50,689 nucleotides of DNA from Syntrophaceae bacterium UBA4767 (GTDB lineage: Bacteria; Desulfobacterota; Syntrophia; Syntrophales; UBA4767): assembly GCA_002403385.1 (NCBI GenBank), contig DHHR01000035.1:15795-66483 (forward strand), written 5' to 3'. Below, one piece after another: positions 1 to 10,351 of this stretch. Made by a program: the position numbers and the translations under genes. The notes under the pieces are model-generated. The model made no database searches, was not told where the DNA came from, and was given only the letters and a program-made list of their open reading frames with translations. Numbering within the stretch: the stretch's first letter is position 1; every line of letters begins with the position of its first letter.

Positions 1-23
1 TTAATCATAAATTCAAAGGTCTC
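1..23 (+). mobile_element. Right end of MITE family A (truncated by window start)
   Basis: TTAATCATAAATTCAAAGGTCTC matches the 3' end of the full copies at 20269 and 45475. Confidence 0.85.
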
Positions 24-133
24 AAAACGGCTTTTGATTTTTACCATTTTGTAACCTAGAAAAATATCTTCGCCGTTTTCACAAAATAAGGCGGCATTAT
101 CTGCAAAATACTATTTATGAGGAGGCAAAAATT

Positions 134-424
134 ATGAAACTAAGGCCTTTACACGATCGCGTGCTTGTTTTGCGTGTGGAGGAAGAAGAAAAAACGGCTG
201 GAGGAATTATTATTCCCGATACAGCCAAGGAAAAACCGCAAGAAGGCAAAGTAATTGCCACAGGCCCTGGAAGGACAGATGCTGATGGCAAGATTACACC
301 CATGGAGGTCAAAACTGACGATAAGGTGCTTTTTAGCAAGTATGCCGGAACCGAAATTAAGATCGATGGGGTGGAACATTTAATAATGAGAGAAGACGAT
401 ATACTTTGCGTAATTGAATCCTAA
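134..424 (+). CDS. groES: Co-chaperonin GroES
   Basis: [10 protein letters not shown]...[16 protein letters not shown]; GGAGG RBS; upstream of groEL. Confidence 0.98.
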   Translation: MKLRPLHDRVLVLRVEEEEKTAGGIIIPDTAKEKPQEGKVIATGPGRTDADGKITPMEVKTDDKVLFSKYAGTEIKIDGVEHLIMREDDILCVIES

Positions 425-440
425 AATAGGAGGTGCATAT

Positions 441-2081
441 ATGGCAGCAAAAGAGATCAAATACGATGGGGTCGCTCGAGAAAAGATTGCTCGCGGTGTT
501 GATATTCTGGCCAACGCCGTCAAGGTTACCTTGGGCCCAAGAGGACGAAACGTAGTGTTAGAAAAATCATGGGGAGCCCCGACAGTTACCAAAGATGGTG
601 TTACTGTAGCCAAGGAAATCGAGGTGGAAGATAAGTTCGAAAATATGGGTGCTCAGATGGTAAAAGAGGTTGCTTCAAAAACATCGGATATGGCAGGCGA
701 TGGAACAACGACGGCCACAATCCTTGCCCAGGCAATTTATCGTGAAGGCGTCAAACTGGTTGCTGCAGGCGTAAATCCCATGTCTTTAAAGCGTGGAGTC
801 GATAAAGGCGTTCAGATCGTGATAGAAGAGCTAAAAAAAATCTCCAAGCCTGTCAAGGATAAAAAGGAGATTGCCCAAGTGGGCACGATTTCCGCCAATA
901 ATGATCGCGCCATCGGTGATATCATTGCCGAAGCGATGGAAAAAGTGGGGAAGGAAGGGGTTATTACGGTGGAAGAAGCAAAAGGCATGGAAACGACCAT
1001 GGAGGTCGTGGAGGGCATGCAATTCGACCGGGGTTATGTATCGCCATATTTCGTGACAGACGCAGAGAAAATGGAAGTTTATCTTGAGGATCCCCTTATT
1101 TTGCTAAATGAAAAGAAGATCAGCAGTATGAAAGATATGGTTCCCATACTTGAGCAGGTTGCAAAAATGGGGAAGCCTCTCTTGATTTTGGCTGAAGATA
1201 TTGAAGGTGAAGCGTTGGCCACACTGGTGGTGAACAAAATTCGCGGCGCCTTAAAATGCGCTGCGGTGAAGGCCCCTGGTTTCGGGGACAGAAGGAAAGC
1301 CATGCTTGAAGATATTGCTATCCTCACAGGCGGCAAGGTCATTTCAGAAGATTTGGGCATAAAATTGGAGAATGTGACCATAAAGGACCTTGGCGCTTGC
1401 AAACGCATCGCTATTGACAAGGATAATACCACCATCATTGACGGCGCGGGCAAGAAAGAAGATATTGAAGGACGTGTCAAACAAATTAGAGCACAGATTG
1501 AAGAGACAACGTCCGATTACGATCGTGAAAAGCTACAGGAAAGACTGGCCAAACTTGTGGGAGGCGTTGCCGTTATTAAGGTCGGGGCAGCTACAGAAAT
1601 TGAGATGAAAGAGAAGAAAGCCCGTGTTGAGGACGCCCTCCATGCTACTCGTGCGGCTGTCGAAGAAGGCATTATCCCCGGCGGCGGTGTCGCCATTTTA
1701 CGCACCCTGCCGGCATTGGAGAAAATAAAAATTCCTGAAGACGAACAACATGGGCTAAATATCGTTAAACGTGCCATTGAAGAACCGCTTCATCAGATCG
1801 CCTGCAATGCCGGATATGAAGGGGCTATTATTGTGGAAAAGGTTAAATCCGCCGGGGGCAACGAAGGTTTTGATGCCGAGGAAGGAAAATATACCGATAT
1901 GATGGAGGCCGGCATTATTGACCCGACGAAAGTCGCACGATTTGCGCTTCAAAACGCAGCCTCCGTAGCTTCTCTGCTGCTGACAACCGAAGCCATGGTT
2001 GCCGAAAAACCAAAGAAAAAACAGGCTGTTGCTATGCCTCCAGCAGGAATGCCTCCTGATATGGAAGATTATGACTACTAA
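441..2081 (+). CDS. groEL: Chaperonin GroEL
   Basis: [26 protein letters not shown] motifs; start moved to ATG 441 after AGGAGG. Confidence 0.98.
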   Translation: MAAKEIKYDGVAREKIARGVDILANAVKVTLGPRGRNVVLEKSWGAPTVTKDGVTVAKEIEVEDKFENMGAQMVKEVASKTSDMAGDGTTTATILAQAIYREGVKLVAAGVNPMSLKRGVDKGVQIVIEELKKISKPVKDKKEIAQVGTISANNDRAIGDIIAEAMEKVGKEGVITVEEAKGMETTMEVVEGMQFDRGYVSPYFVTDAEKMEVYLEDPLILLNEKKISSMKDMVPILEQVAKMGKPLLILAEDIEGEALATLVVNKIRGALKCAAVKAPGFGDRRKAMLEDIAILTGGKVISEDLGIKLENVTIKDLGACKRIAIDKDNTTIIDGAGKKEDIEGRVKQIRAQIEETTSDYDREKLQERLAKLVGGVAVIKVGAATEIEMKEKKARVEDALHATRAAVEEGIIPGGGVAILRTLPALEKIKIPEDEQHGLNIVKRAIEEPLHQIACNAGYEGAIIVEKVKSAGGNEGFDAEEGKYTDMMEAGIIDPTKVARFALQNAASVASLLLTTEAMVAEKPKKKQAVAMPPAGMPPDMEDYDY

Positions 2082-2134
2082 CCATCAATTACAAACTCCC
2101 GAATTCTAAACGATCCGGGAGCAGAATGTAACAA

Positions 2135-3226
2135 ATGCGTGACTATTACGAAATATTGGAAATCGATCGAGGGGCGGATGCGGAGGATATCAAGAAAGCC
2201 TACCGACACATGGCATTAAAGTATCATCCCGACAGAAATCCCGGAGACAAACAGGCCGAGGAAACGTTTAAGGATGCCGCCGAAGCTTATGAAGTCTTAA
2301 GTAATCCGGAAAAACGCCAAATTTATGACCAGTATGGCCATGAAGGGCTCAAAGGAACGGGGCGGTTTGAAGGATTCGATGATATTTTTTCGTCCTTCGG
2401 TGATATTTTTGAAGATATTTTTAGTTTTGGAAGGGGTTCCCGTTCCCGCACACGCGCCGAACGGGGAGCCGATCTTCAATACAATTTGGAAATTGATTTT
2501 CTCGAAGCTGTTTTTGGATGTGAAAAGGACATTGAAATGCCACGCTTTGAGGAATGTACTGACTGCCATGGCCTCGGTTATGAAACAGGTTATGAACCCG
2601 TTGTTTGTCCAATGTGTGATGGACAGGGGCGAATTTTAAGATCACAAGGCTTCTTTCGGGTAAGCGGCACCTGTCCAAAATGCCATGGACACGGGCGTGT
2701 CATCACTCATCCATGTAAAACTTGCAAAGGATTCGGTCGCGTCGAGGAAAAGCGAAAAATTAAGGTTAATATCCCGCCAGGCATCAATACGGGTATGCGC
2801 CTCAGGTTAAAAGGAGAGGGAGAATCTGGCATTTATGGAGGCCCACCCGGAGATTTGTATGTTGACGTCCTTGTTTCCCCTCACGAATATTTTGAACGGG
2901 AAGATGACGATATTATCTGCCGTTTGACTATTTCTTTTCCTGAAGCGGCATTAGGAAAAGAAATAGAGGTGCCGACCTTGAAGGGCTTCGAAAAAATCTC
3001 TATTCCTAAAGGAATCCAGCACGGAGAAACGATCCGTTTGAGGGGAAAAGGTATTGCCCGATTGCGTGGGCCGGGGAGGGGAGATCAAATTGTTGTCGTC
3101 AACATCCGCACGCCCACAAAACTGAGCAAAAAACAGGAGGAACTACTAAAAGAGCTTGCCGACCTTGAAAAAAGCGATGTGGAGAGTAAAACCCACTTTT
3201 GGAACACCTTCGTAAAAAAACGTTAG
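2135..3226 (+). CDS. dnaJ: Molecular chaperone DnaJ
   Basis: J domain with HPD, four CxxCxGxG repeats, C-terminal GDLYV. Confidence 0.96.
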   Translation: MRDYYEILEIDRGADAEDIKKAYRHMALKYHPDRNPGDKQAEETFKDAAEAYEVLSNPEKRQIYDQYGHEGLKGTGRFEGFDDIFSSFGDIFEDIFSFGRGSRSRTRAERGADLQYNLEIDFLEAVFGCEKDIEMPRFEECTDCHGLGYETGYEPVVCPMCDGQGRILRSQGFFRVSGTCPKCHGHGRVITHPCKTCKGFGRVEEKRKIKVNIPPGINTGMRLRLKGEGESGIYGGPPGDLYVDVLVSPHEYFEREDDDIICRLTISFPEAALGKEIEVPTLKGFEKISIPKGIQHGETIRLRGKGIARLRGPGRGDQIVVVNIRTPTKLSKKQEELLKELADLEKSDVESKTHFWNTFVKKR

Positions 3227-3242
3227 TTTTAATCTAATCACT

Positions 3243-3319
<77 letters not shown>

Positions 3320-3486
3320 CCATCACAGCTTTAATTAAGCAACATCTTTTTAGACTATCACTGTTTCTTTTGTCAAGGTGTTTTTCTACTTCTGTTATTT
3401 AAAAATTAAAACCGCACCGCGTGACAGAATGTTTCTAGCAGTGAAATATTGATGATAGACGCCGTGAAGTTAGTGGGAGAATAAAC

Positions 3487-3523
3487 AAAGCCCTGATGCC
3501 GATCTTGTCGGGATCAGGGCTTT
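3487..3523 (-). terminator. Rho-independent terminator hairpin
   Basis: AAAGCCCTGAT...ATCAGGGCTTT stem followed by a T-rich tract on the minus strand, downstream of the 3580 gene. Confidence 0.7.
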
Positions 3524-3579
3524 GAATTAAAGTTAGGTTAGTGAGCCTGTTGAGCTATGAACGGATGTCCATACGAGCG

Positions 3580-3810
3580 CTAGAACCCCTTCTTTCTTAA
3601 CCACGCCTCTTGATAAAGGCGACCGATACAGGTAAAAACAGCCAGGAAAAATAACCCGACCATAAACATTGGTGATGTATTAAACATCTCATCCAGCCAG
3701 CGGCCTATGTAAAGGAACAGGAAAGAGGCTATCACAATCGCAAATCCGTAGGCGCTCAACATAAAGATCGCCCTGTAGTCGGCCATATTATGTATTTTCT
3801 TCGCTAACAT
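3580..3810 (-). CDS. AtpZ/AtpI-family small membrane protein
   Basis: Two TM helices with IGRWLDEMFNTSPMFMVG, resembling the AtpZ family GxWLD..f.T.P pattern; AGGAGG RBS before ATG 3810. Confidence 0.7.
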   Translation of the reverse strand: MLAKKIHNMADYRAIFMLSAYGFAIVIASFLFLYIGRWLDEMFNTSPMFMVGLFFLAVFTCIGRLYQEAWLRKKGF

Positions 3811-3852
3811 TAGCCCAATTCCTCCTTTCTTGAATTCCAGAACCTCCAATAA

Positions 3853-4128
3853 TTAACTGACCATGTTCTTTATGGCATCCACCACCGGAGAGGTGAACAG
3901 GGAAACCAAAACGGCATAGAGGGCAAAAGATCCTACCGCTTCTGCCGTATAGATCTGAGAATATTTGTATTTAAGCGAGGTGATAATCAAACCGCCCACA
4001 ATCAAACAACCAAGTTGAAAATAGGGGAAACCACCCGCACCTGCCGCCGCATACTCCGCAAAGCTGAACGTTGCCGTTAAGAGAACCACAACCCCCGCCA
4101 CCAGTAGAGTTGACATTGCTTTTTTCAT
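3853..4128 (-). CDS. Hypothetical small membrane protein with signal peptide
   Basis: Strong RBS; MKK + hydrophobic + SFA cleavage-like site; two further hydrophobic segments. Confidence 0.7.
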   Translation of the reverse strand: MKKAMSTLLVAGVVVLLTATFSFAEYAAAGAGGFPYFQLGCLIVGGLIITSLKYKYSQIYTAEAVGSFALYAVLVSLFTSPVVDAIKNMVS

Positions 4129-4188
4129 GATCCGTATCCTCCTTCCTTTTAGGCATTGACCTTTTTGACAAGGTCTTGCCCAATGATA

Positions 4189-4245
4189 ATGAAATTATCG
4201 TGCCAATACGAAAATAACGAGCAAAATGTCTCTAACTGATTGTTA
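4189..4245 (-). promoter_or_regulatory. Putative sigma54 (-24/-12) promoter with upstream IHF site
   Basis: TGGCACG-ATAA-TTTCA on the minus strand (1 mismatch to TGGCACG-N4-TTGC); TAACTGATTGTTA at 4233-4245 resembles an IHF site. Confidence 0.55.
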
Positions 4246-4347
4246 TAACAGAATAATTGCGAAGAAAAGAAAACAGAAGACACCTCCGCCGGGCGTTTAC
4301 CTTAAACAAAATGTGAAATAAATGAAATGTTTCGTTTAAACCAAACG

Positions 4348-4528
4348 TGATGGTCTCGTAAAAAAGCGGAGATGTCACCCTGAGCTGTTTGTCCTGAGTT
4401 TACCGAAGGGTCGAAGGGTGAACATAAATAATTGATATTACATCATGGTTCGATAGAGCCTGTCCTGAGCCAGCCGAAGGGCTCACCATGACAAAACCCA
4501 CGGATTTTGACTTATTATGATTTTGTCA
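4348..4528. mobile_element. MITE family B copy (181 bp)
   Basis: TGA-N5-TCGTAAAAA-type ends, AACG duplicated on both flanks, internal GTCACCCTGAGC..GTCGAAGGG units. Confidence 0.85.
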
Positions 4529-4642
4529 AACGTTAAGATAGAACAATTACACACGCCAAAACGATAACTGAAGGCAAAGCTTTTTCCTCATGGCGCGACT
4601 TGCGAAAGCCATGGTCTGATGAGAATCAAGAGGAAATTCAGT

Positions 4643-6010
4643 TTATTCTATGTGAAGTTTTTCGATCCGGTAACGCAAAGAATCGAAACTTACCTGAAGA
4701 AGCTCGGCTGCTTTCGTTTTCGACCCGTTTGCCTTTTGGAGGGCCTTTTCGATAAGATTTCTTTCAATTTTTGCCATTTCATCGTTCAAATCGAGTCCTT
4801 TATCGGGGAACTCGAACTTTCCAAGGGGTATTCCATCCCATCGGCAATCCGCCGCCAAAACCAGATTTTCCGGCAAAATAATATTTGACATTTCCATGGC
4901 CACACTTCGCTCAATGATGTTTTCCAGCTCTCTGATATTGCCGGGAAAATGGTATTCCATCAAAAGACCCATAGCATAGGCGGAAATGTTTTTTATTTCC
5001 TTGCCGAATTCCCGGGAATATTTTCCGATAAAATGCTTCGTCAGCACGGGAATATCATCCCTGCGTTCCCGTAAGGGAGGAATACGAAGGGGAATAACAT
5101 TCAAGCGATACAAGAGGTCTTCCCTGAATCGATTCGCCTTGACTTTCTCTTCCAGATTCTGGTTGGTCGCAGAGATGATTCTCACATCCACCCTGTTATC
5201 ATCACTGCCGCCGATTCTTCTGAAGGTTTTTTCCTGTACGATGCGAAGGAGTTTTACTTGAAGAATTGCCGGCAACTCTGAAATTTCGTCGAGAAAAACC
5301 GTTCCCCCAGCGGCAATCTCAAACAACCCTGGTTTATCGGCGTAGGCCCCGGTAAATGATCCCTTCATGTGTCCGAACAGCTCGCTCTCCAGAAGATTTT
5401 CCGGAATTCCCCCACAGTTTATCACCACAAAAGGTTTGTTTTTTCTCGGACTATTTTCGTGGATGGCGCGTGCGACAAGCTCTTTTCCCGTGCCGCTCTC
5501 TCCTAAAATCAGAACATTTGCAGTGGTTGCCGCCACCTTCTTGATGGTGGCATAAACCTTCAGCATCTCTTTGCTCTTCCCAATCATATTGCCGAAGCGG
5601 ACGGCATCCTCTACGTCTTTTATGAACAAGGCTTCACCCTTTTTAATGCCCTTTTTCTCCAGCGCGTTGCGTACGATCGCTTTCAAGTCTTCCATGTCAA
5701 AGTTTTTTTCAAGATAATCGAAGGCTCCCTCCTTCATGGCGCTAAGGGCCGTTTCCCCGGAGGCGTATGCCGTGATTAAAATAACCATCGTTTCTGGAGA
5801 AATATCTTTGACAGCCTTTAAAAATTCAATTCCGTCCACCTTCGGCATCTTCAAATCCGTGATAATAAGGTCGAAAACTCCTTTCTTGCAGATATTCAAT
5901 GCTTTTGCAGCCTCTTCCATGCAGGTGACATCATACCCCTCCCGGCTAAGCATGATTTCGAGTAGTTCTCTCACACCTCGATCATCATCAACCACGAGAA
6001 TTTTTGACAT
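4643..6010 (-). CDS. pilR: Sigma54-dependent response regulator, PilR/NtrC family
   Basis: Receiver domain, GESGTGKE, GSFTGA (GAFTGA variant), C-terminal HTH; paired with a PilS-like kinase. Confidence 0.85.
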   Translation of the reverse strand: MSKILVVDDDRGVRELLEIMLSREGYDVTCMEEAAKALNICKKGVFDLIITDLKMPKVDGIEFLKAVKDISPETMVILITAYASGETALSAMKEGAFDYLEKNFDMEDLKAIVRNALEKKGIKKGEALFIKDVEDAVRFGNMIGKSKEMLKVYATIKKVAATTANVLILGESGTGKELVARAIHENSPRKNKPFVVINCGGIPENLLESELFGHMKGSFTGAYADKPGLFEIAAGGTVFLDEISELPAILQVKLLRIVQEKTFRRIGGSDDNRVDVRIISATNQNLEEKVKANRFREDLLYRLNVIPLRIPPLRERRDDIPVLTKHFIGKYSREFGKEIKNISAYAMGLLMEYHFPGNIRELENIIERSVAMEMSNIILPENLVLAADCRWDGIPLGKFEFPDKGLDLNDEMAKIERNLIEKALQKANGSKTKAAELLQVSFDSLRYRIEKLHIE

Positions 6011-6044
6011 TTACCTCCCCCTTTATATGGATTTGCAAGGAAAA

Positions 6045-7718
6045 TCACATCGGCAGCCGGACAATAAATGTTGTTTCTTCATTGGGTTTGCTCGCAACTT
6101 CGACATTTCCGCCATAACCTTCGACAATCCTATTGACAATAGCCAAACCAAGCCCCGTTCCCTTTTCCTTTGTGGTGTAGAAAGGTTGAAATATTTTCTC
6201 CATCTCCTCGGTTTCGACACCGATACCGCTGTCGGCAATATACACTTCGGCCCACCGTTTACCCCGTTCATCGATGGATGGCTTCAATTGAACCGTCAAC
6301 ATTCCCCCTTCCGGCATGGCTTGAACAGCGTTTAAGATCAAGTTCCATATAACCTGACGCATCTCTGTCTTGTTGGCCGAAATCAGCGCCTCATCGGATA
6401 ATGCGTGTGTGATCTTTATGCCATCATGCCATTCAGGAATATAGGACAGAGATTCCAATACATCCTCGATTACCTCCTTTATTCCAATAACCTCCCTGCT
6501 ACCCGGGGTTGGTCGTGCCAAGAGAAGAAAATCTTTGATGAAATTCTCAAGTTGGTCCTTTCCCCTAAGCGCTATTTGCATAAGTTTTTCATCAGACGCC
6601 GTTAAGGAAAGTCCCTGTCTCAGAACCTGAATGGAGCCGCCGATCGATGCCAGAGGATTTCTCATCTCATGAGCAATACCTGCCGCCATCTCGCCGATAA
6701 ATGCCAGTCTTCTGCTCTTCTCCAAAGCTGCTTCCATTTTCTTAATGGATGATAAATCCTGAAAAATCAAGATATATCCAATTTGTGCATGTTTATGATT
6801 CCTTAAGGGGGATACGGAACAACCCAAAGTGAGACTCTTATTCTCCTTGCCTGGAACAACGATTTCCATCCTCCTCTTCGCAAGCTCCCTGTCGGCTCTG
6901 TTTTTTATTTCTCCGATGATATCCGGATAACCGGGGAAGATATGGGCAATATTTTTATTTTCAATCTCCGCGAAAGAAAAGCCGGTGATCTCCTCCGCAG
7001 CCCTGTTAAATGATCTTATTTTTCCCGTTAAGTCGAGCGTGAGGATTCCCAAATTAATAGATTCAATAATACTTTTATGCAACAGATCCAATTGTTCGAA
7101 GGCATTTTCCCTTTCCAGCAACAGTTTCCTTGTCTTTTTTTCCTGTTCGACCGCCAAACTGGCAAGAAGCGCAATAAAATAAAAAGACAAAATATGGATG
7201 GAGATCTTGGAGAAAACATAACTTGCATCTGCATTTATATGATAGTCGGCAACAGAATCAGACAGCGGATACAGAATGCCGTAAAACTCCAAATCGAGTA
7301 AGCCGCCATAAAGGATACTGGCGGCAGAGGCCGCGATAATTCCTCCACTGCGTCCCAGAAACATGACGGAATAAATGATGATGAGTGGATAAAAAACCGA
7401 GTAAACACTACCGATTCCCGCTGTGACATAAACCAGCAAGGTGACCAAGAGGGTATCGCAAAGCACCTGGATGTATAAATTGAATGCGATATTCTTTACG
7501 ATTTTCTGCAGAAAAAGGTAAAAAAGAAAAATGCAATAGGACAGCGCGATCAATAGGTAAAGCATAGTGAGGGAAGCATAGGGCAGCAGGTTGAGACCCT
7601 TAATTTCGATAAAAAACGTATAAGCCAACAGAAAAGTCACGGCAATGATTCTCGATATCATCAGCCAGCGTAGCCTAGCCTGCAATTTTCTCCCTTCAAA
7701 CAAATGCTCATCTGTCAT
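6045..7718 (-). CDS. pilS: Sensor histidine kinase, PilS-like
   Basis: Multi-TM N-terminus, PAS domain, AHEMRNPL H-box, N/G boxes. Confidence 0.82.
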   Translation of the reverse strand: MTDEHLFEGRKLQARLRWLMISRIIAVTFLLAYTFFIEIKGLNLLPYASLTMLYLLIALSYCIFLFYLFLQKIVKNIAFNLYIQVLCDTLLVTLLVYVTAGIGSVYSVFYPLIIIYSVMFLGRSGGIIAASAASILYGGLLDLEFYGILYPLSDSVADYHINADASYVFSKISIHILSFYFIALLASLAVEQEKKTRKLLLERENAFEQLDLLHKSIIESINLGILTLDLTGKIRSFNRAAEEITGFSFAEIENKNIAHIFPGYPDIIGEIKNRADRELAKRRMEIVVPGKENKSLTLGCSVSPLRNHKHAQIGYILIFQDLSSIKKMEAALEKSRRLAFIGEMAAGIAHEMRNPLASIGGSIQVLRQGLSLTASDEKLMQIALRGKDQLENFIKDFLLLARPTPGSREVIGIKEVIEDVLESLSYIPEWHDGIKITHALSDEALISANKTEMRQVIWNLILNAVQAMPEGGMLTVQLKPSIDERGKRWAEVYIADSGIGVETEEMEKIFQPFYTTKEKGTGLGLAIVNRIVEGYGGNVEVASKPNEETTFIVRLPM

Positions 7719-7824
7719 TTATCGGCGCCTCTCATGGCAGGATACGGATTCTTTTTCATGACTGTTTTAAAAGCGGGCGCCATGTTATAATATTTTTAAA
7801 CTTAAATCTACCGAATTACAAACG

Positions 7825-10338
7825 ATGCCAAGCCCGCTGATCACCGTTCTGATTGCCTTCATGGCAGGCATTTCCCTCGGAAATGCCTTGGACCTTCCTG
7901 ATTTTCCTGTTCTTTCAGGCATAGCCGCAGCCTTATTTATTTTGTTCATCGCAAAACGCAGGCAATGGAAAGCGGTCTTGGCGGCTTGCCTGATGATAGC
8001 CACCTTCTTTCTGGGCATTGCCGATATTAATCTCTACCTGCATAAGCGGAGCCACCCCACAGACATCAGTCATGCCATAAATCAAGAAAAGACAACAGCA
8101 GAAGGCGTTATCTGCGAAAACCCTGTCTGTTCTTCGAAAAACACAGAGTTGATCGTATCGGTTTCCCGAATTATCAAAAACCATGAAGCCTTTCCTGCCG
8201 AAGGGCTCGTTAGGCTTTTGGTAAAAGACATTCCATACTCTTTCGCATCCGGGGACTACATCCGATTCAGGACAAGGCTGAAAACTCCGCATAACTTCAA
8301 TAACCCAGGGGGTTTTGATTATGAAAAGGCGCTGCTTTACAGAGGCATAAAAACGCAGGGGTTCATTGCCGATGCTTCAAACATTATAAGTATTCGAGAA
8401 AATCAGGGAAATCCCTTCAAGCGGCGCCTGGAACGGTTCCGAACGGCGCTCAAAGTTTTCATTTACAATCATTCTCCATCCCCCGAGGCTGAAATTATTC
8501 AAGCCATGGTTTTAGGCGAACAAAAAGAAATTCCCGATGAAATCAGGGAAGAATTTAACAAGACAAACACGTCCCATATTCTGGCCATTTCCGGCTCTCA
8601 TGTAAGCATTGTCGCGCTCATCTTCATCGGCATCTTCCGCTTTGCCATCAAACGTTTCGAATATCTCCTTTTGAAATTCAACTTGCTGAAGGTTTCAACA
8701 TTGATGGCCTGCATTCCTGTCATATTATACGCTTTTATCGCTGGGTTGGGTGTTTCCGTGGTTCGGGCAACGATCATGATCCTGATTTTCCTGTTTGCTA
8801 TTCTTCTGGATAAGGACCGGGACTTCTTCAATGCCCTGGCCCTAGCCGCCCTCATTATTCTAACTATTGCGCCCTATTCACTGTTCGATATTTCCTTCCA
8901 GCTTTCATTCGTAGCCGTCGCTTCGATACTTTACATCACGCCTGCATTCATTTCCTTCAAACCAAAGACAACCGGGATGGAAACAAAATCCGTTCTCATT
9001 TTTAAAAAGGTTTCCCATGTTCTTCTCGTTTTCATCGTTACGTCTGTCGCGGCCACTTTAGGGACATTGCCTCTGGTGGCTTTTTATTTTAACCGGATTT
9101 CCACCATAGGACCTATCGCCAACATGGTGGCTGTTCCCCTTTTGGGCATGCTTGCCCTTCCCATCGCTTTGGCTACTATCGTTGCAATGCCGCTTTCCAC
9201 AATGCTTGCCGCCGTCCTGGTTAAAATTTCTTCTTTTCTCGTCGCCATTTCCATCTCCATAATCGGCTTTTTCGCTTCCATTCCCGGCGCTTATTTTTCC
9301 ATCAGCGCCCCCACGTTGCCGGAGATAGCCGTTTATTATGCGCTGCTGATAGCTCTTGTAAAAGGGGTGCCTGTCTTCCGTGAGAGATCAGGAGAACCTG
9401 TATCGCGCAAAAAGACTTTGTCGCCCTTGTGGCGCTGCGCTATCATCGCCGGGTGCGTGATATTTTTCATTGCTGATGGATTTTTTTTATACTGGAAGGA
9501 CCAATGCGACGGAAAGCTTAAGGTAACATTTATAGACGTGGGACAGGGAAATGCGGCCTTGATACAATGCCCACGGGGGAAAAATATCCTCATCGATGGC
9601 GGCGGTTTTCCGAAAAGCTCTTTTGATGTTGGCAAATATGTGGTAGCGCCTTTTCTCTGGCATGAAAGGATAAAAAACATTGATGTCGTCGTCCTGACGC
9701 ACCCTCACCCCGACCATCTTAATGGGTTAATCTTTGTTTTGAAAAACTTTAATGTCCGTGAGGTCTGGTCTAACGGACAGGGGTCAACATCCTCATCCTA
9801 TCGTGGCTTTGTGGAAACATTGAAAGAAAAACATATCCCGCATCGAGTGGTTTCGGCAAAGACAGCCGCAGTAAATATGAATGGTGTTAGCATCCGGCTC
9901 TTAAACCCCCCTGTGCCTCTACTCGGCGATGTTGATGATTTTCGGAATTACGATACTGCAAACGATTTATCTATGGTAATGAAAATAACCTTCGATAGAG
10001 TTGGTTTTCTTTTTCCTGCCGATATTTCCTCCCGAACGGAAGCTTGCCTTCTTGGGGAAAACAAGGCTATGGCCGCTCAGGTTTTATTGGTTCCCCATCA
10101 TGGCGGATTCAGGTCCAGCTCTGTCCCGTTCTTGCAGAGCGTTCAACCCCGCGTAGCCGTGATAAGCTGCGGCAGGGATAATATTTATAATCTCCCTCAT
10201 CCCAATGTGCTCGAAAGATATAAAAAGATGGGAACGACGATTTTAAGAACCGATCGAAACGGCGCCGTAATCGTCGAAACAGATGGAACAAACATCAACT
10301 ATAAGGTCCGTAAAAGGGCAGTGAATCAGTCACTGTGA
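7825..10338 (+). CDS. comEC: DNA internalization competence protein ComEC/Rec2
   Basis: NPGGFDY, HILAISGSH, FQLSF, DVGQG, THPHPDH metallo-beta-lactamase motif. Confidence 0.95.
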   Translation: MPSPLITVLIAFMAGISLGNALDLPDFPVLSGIAAALFILFIAKRRQWKAVLAACLMIATFFLGIADINLYLHKRSHPTDISHAINQEKTTAEGVICENPVCSSKNTELIVSVSRIIKNHEAFPAEGLVRLLVKDIPYSFASGDYIRFRTRLKTPHNFNNPGGFDYEKALLYRGIKTQGFIADASNIISIRENQGNPFKRRLERFRTALKVFIYNHSPSPEAEIIQAMVLGEQKEIPDEIREEFNKTNTSHILAISGSHVSIVALIFIGIFRFAIKRFEYLLLKFNLLKVSTLMACIPVILYAFIAGLGVSVVRATIMILIFLFAILLDKDRDFFNALALAALIILTIAPYSLFDISFQLSFVAVASILYITPAFISFKPKTTGMETKSVLIFKKVSHVLLVFIVTSVAATLGTLPLVAFYFNRISTIGPIANMVAVPLLGMLALPIALATIVAMPLSTMLAAVLVKISSFLVAISISIIGFFASIPGAYFSISAPTLPEIAVYYALLIALVKGVPVFRERSGEPVSRKKTLSPLWRCAIIAGCVIFFIADGFFLYWKDQCDGKLKVTFIDVGQGNAALIQCPRGKNILIDGGGFPKSSFDVGKYVVAPFLWHERIKNIDVVVLTHPHPDHLNGLIFVLKNFNVREVWSNGQGSTSSSYRGFVETLKEKHIPHRVVSAKTAAVNMNGVSIRLLNPPVPLLGDVDDFRNYDTANDLSMVMKITFDRVGFLFPADISSRTEACLLGENKAMAAQVLLVPHHGGFRSSSVPFLQSVQPRVAVISCGRDNIYNLPHPNVLERYKKMGTTILRTDRNGAVIVETDGTNINYKVRKRAVNQSL

Positions 10339-10351
10339 ACTCTTCCACCGG

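Noticed and set aside
24-133. CIRCE element upstream of groES
   Set aside because: No TTAGCACTC-N9-GAGTGCTAA visible; the upstream region is cut by the MITE and the window edge
4580-4642. CTGATGA and GAAA near hairpins, suggesting a hammerhead ribozyme
   Set aside because: The order and spacing of core motifs and stems do not fit any hammerhead topology
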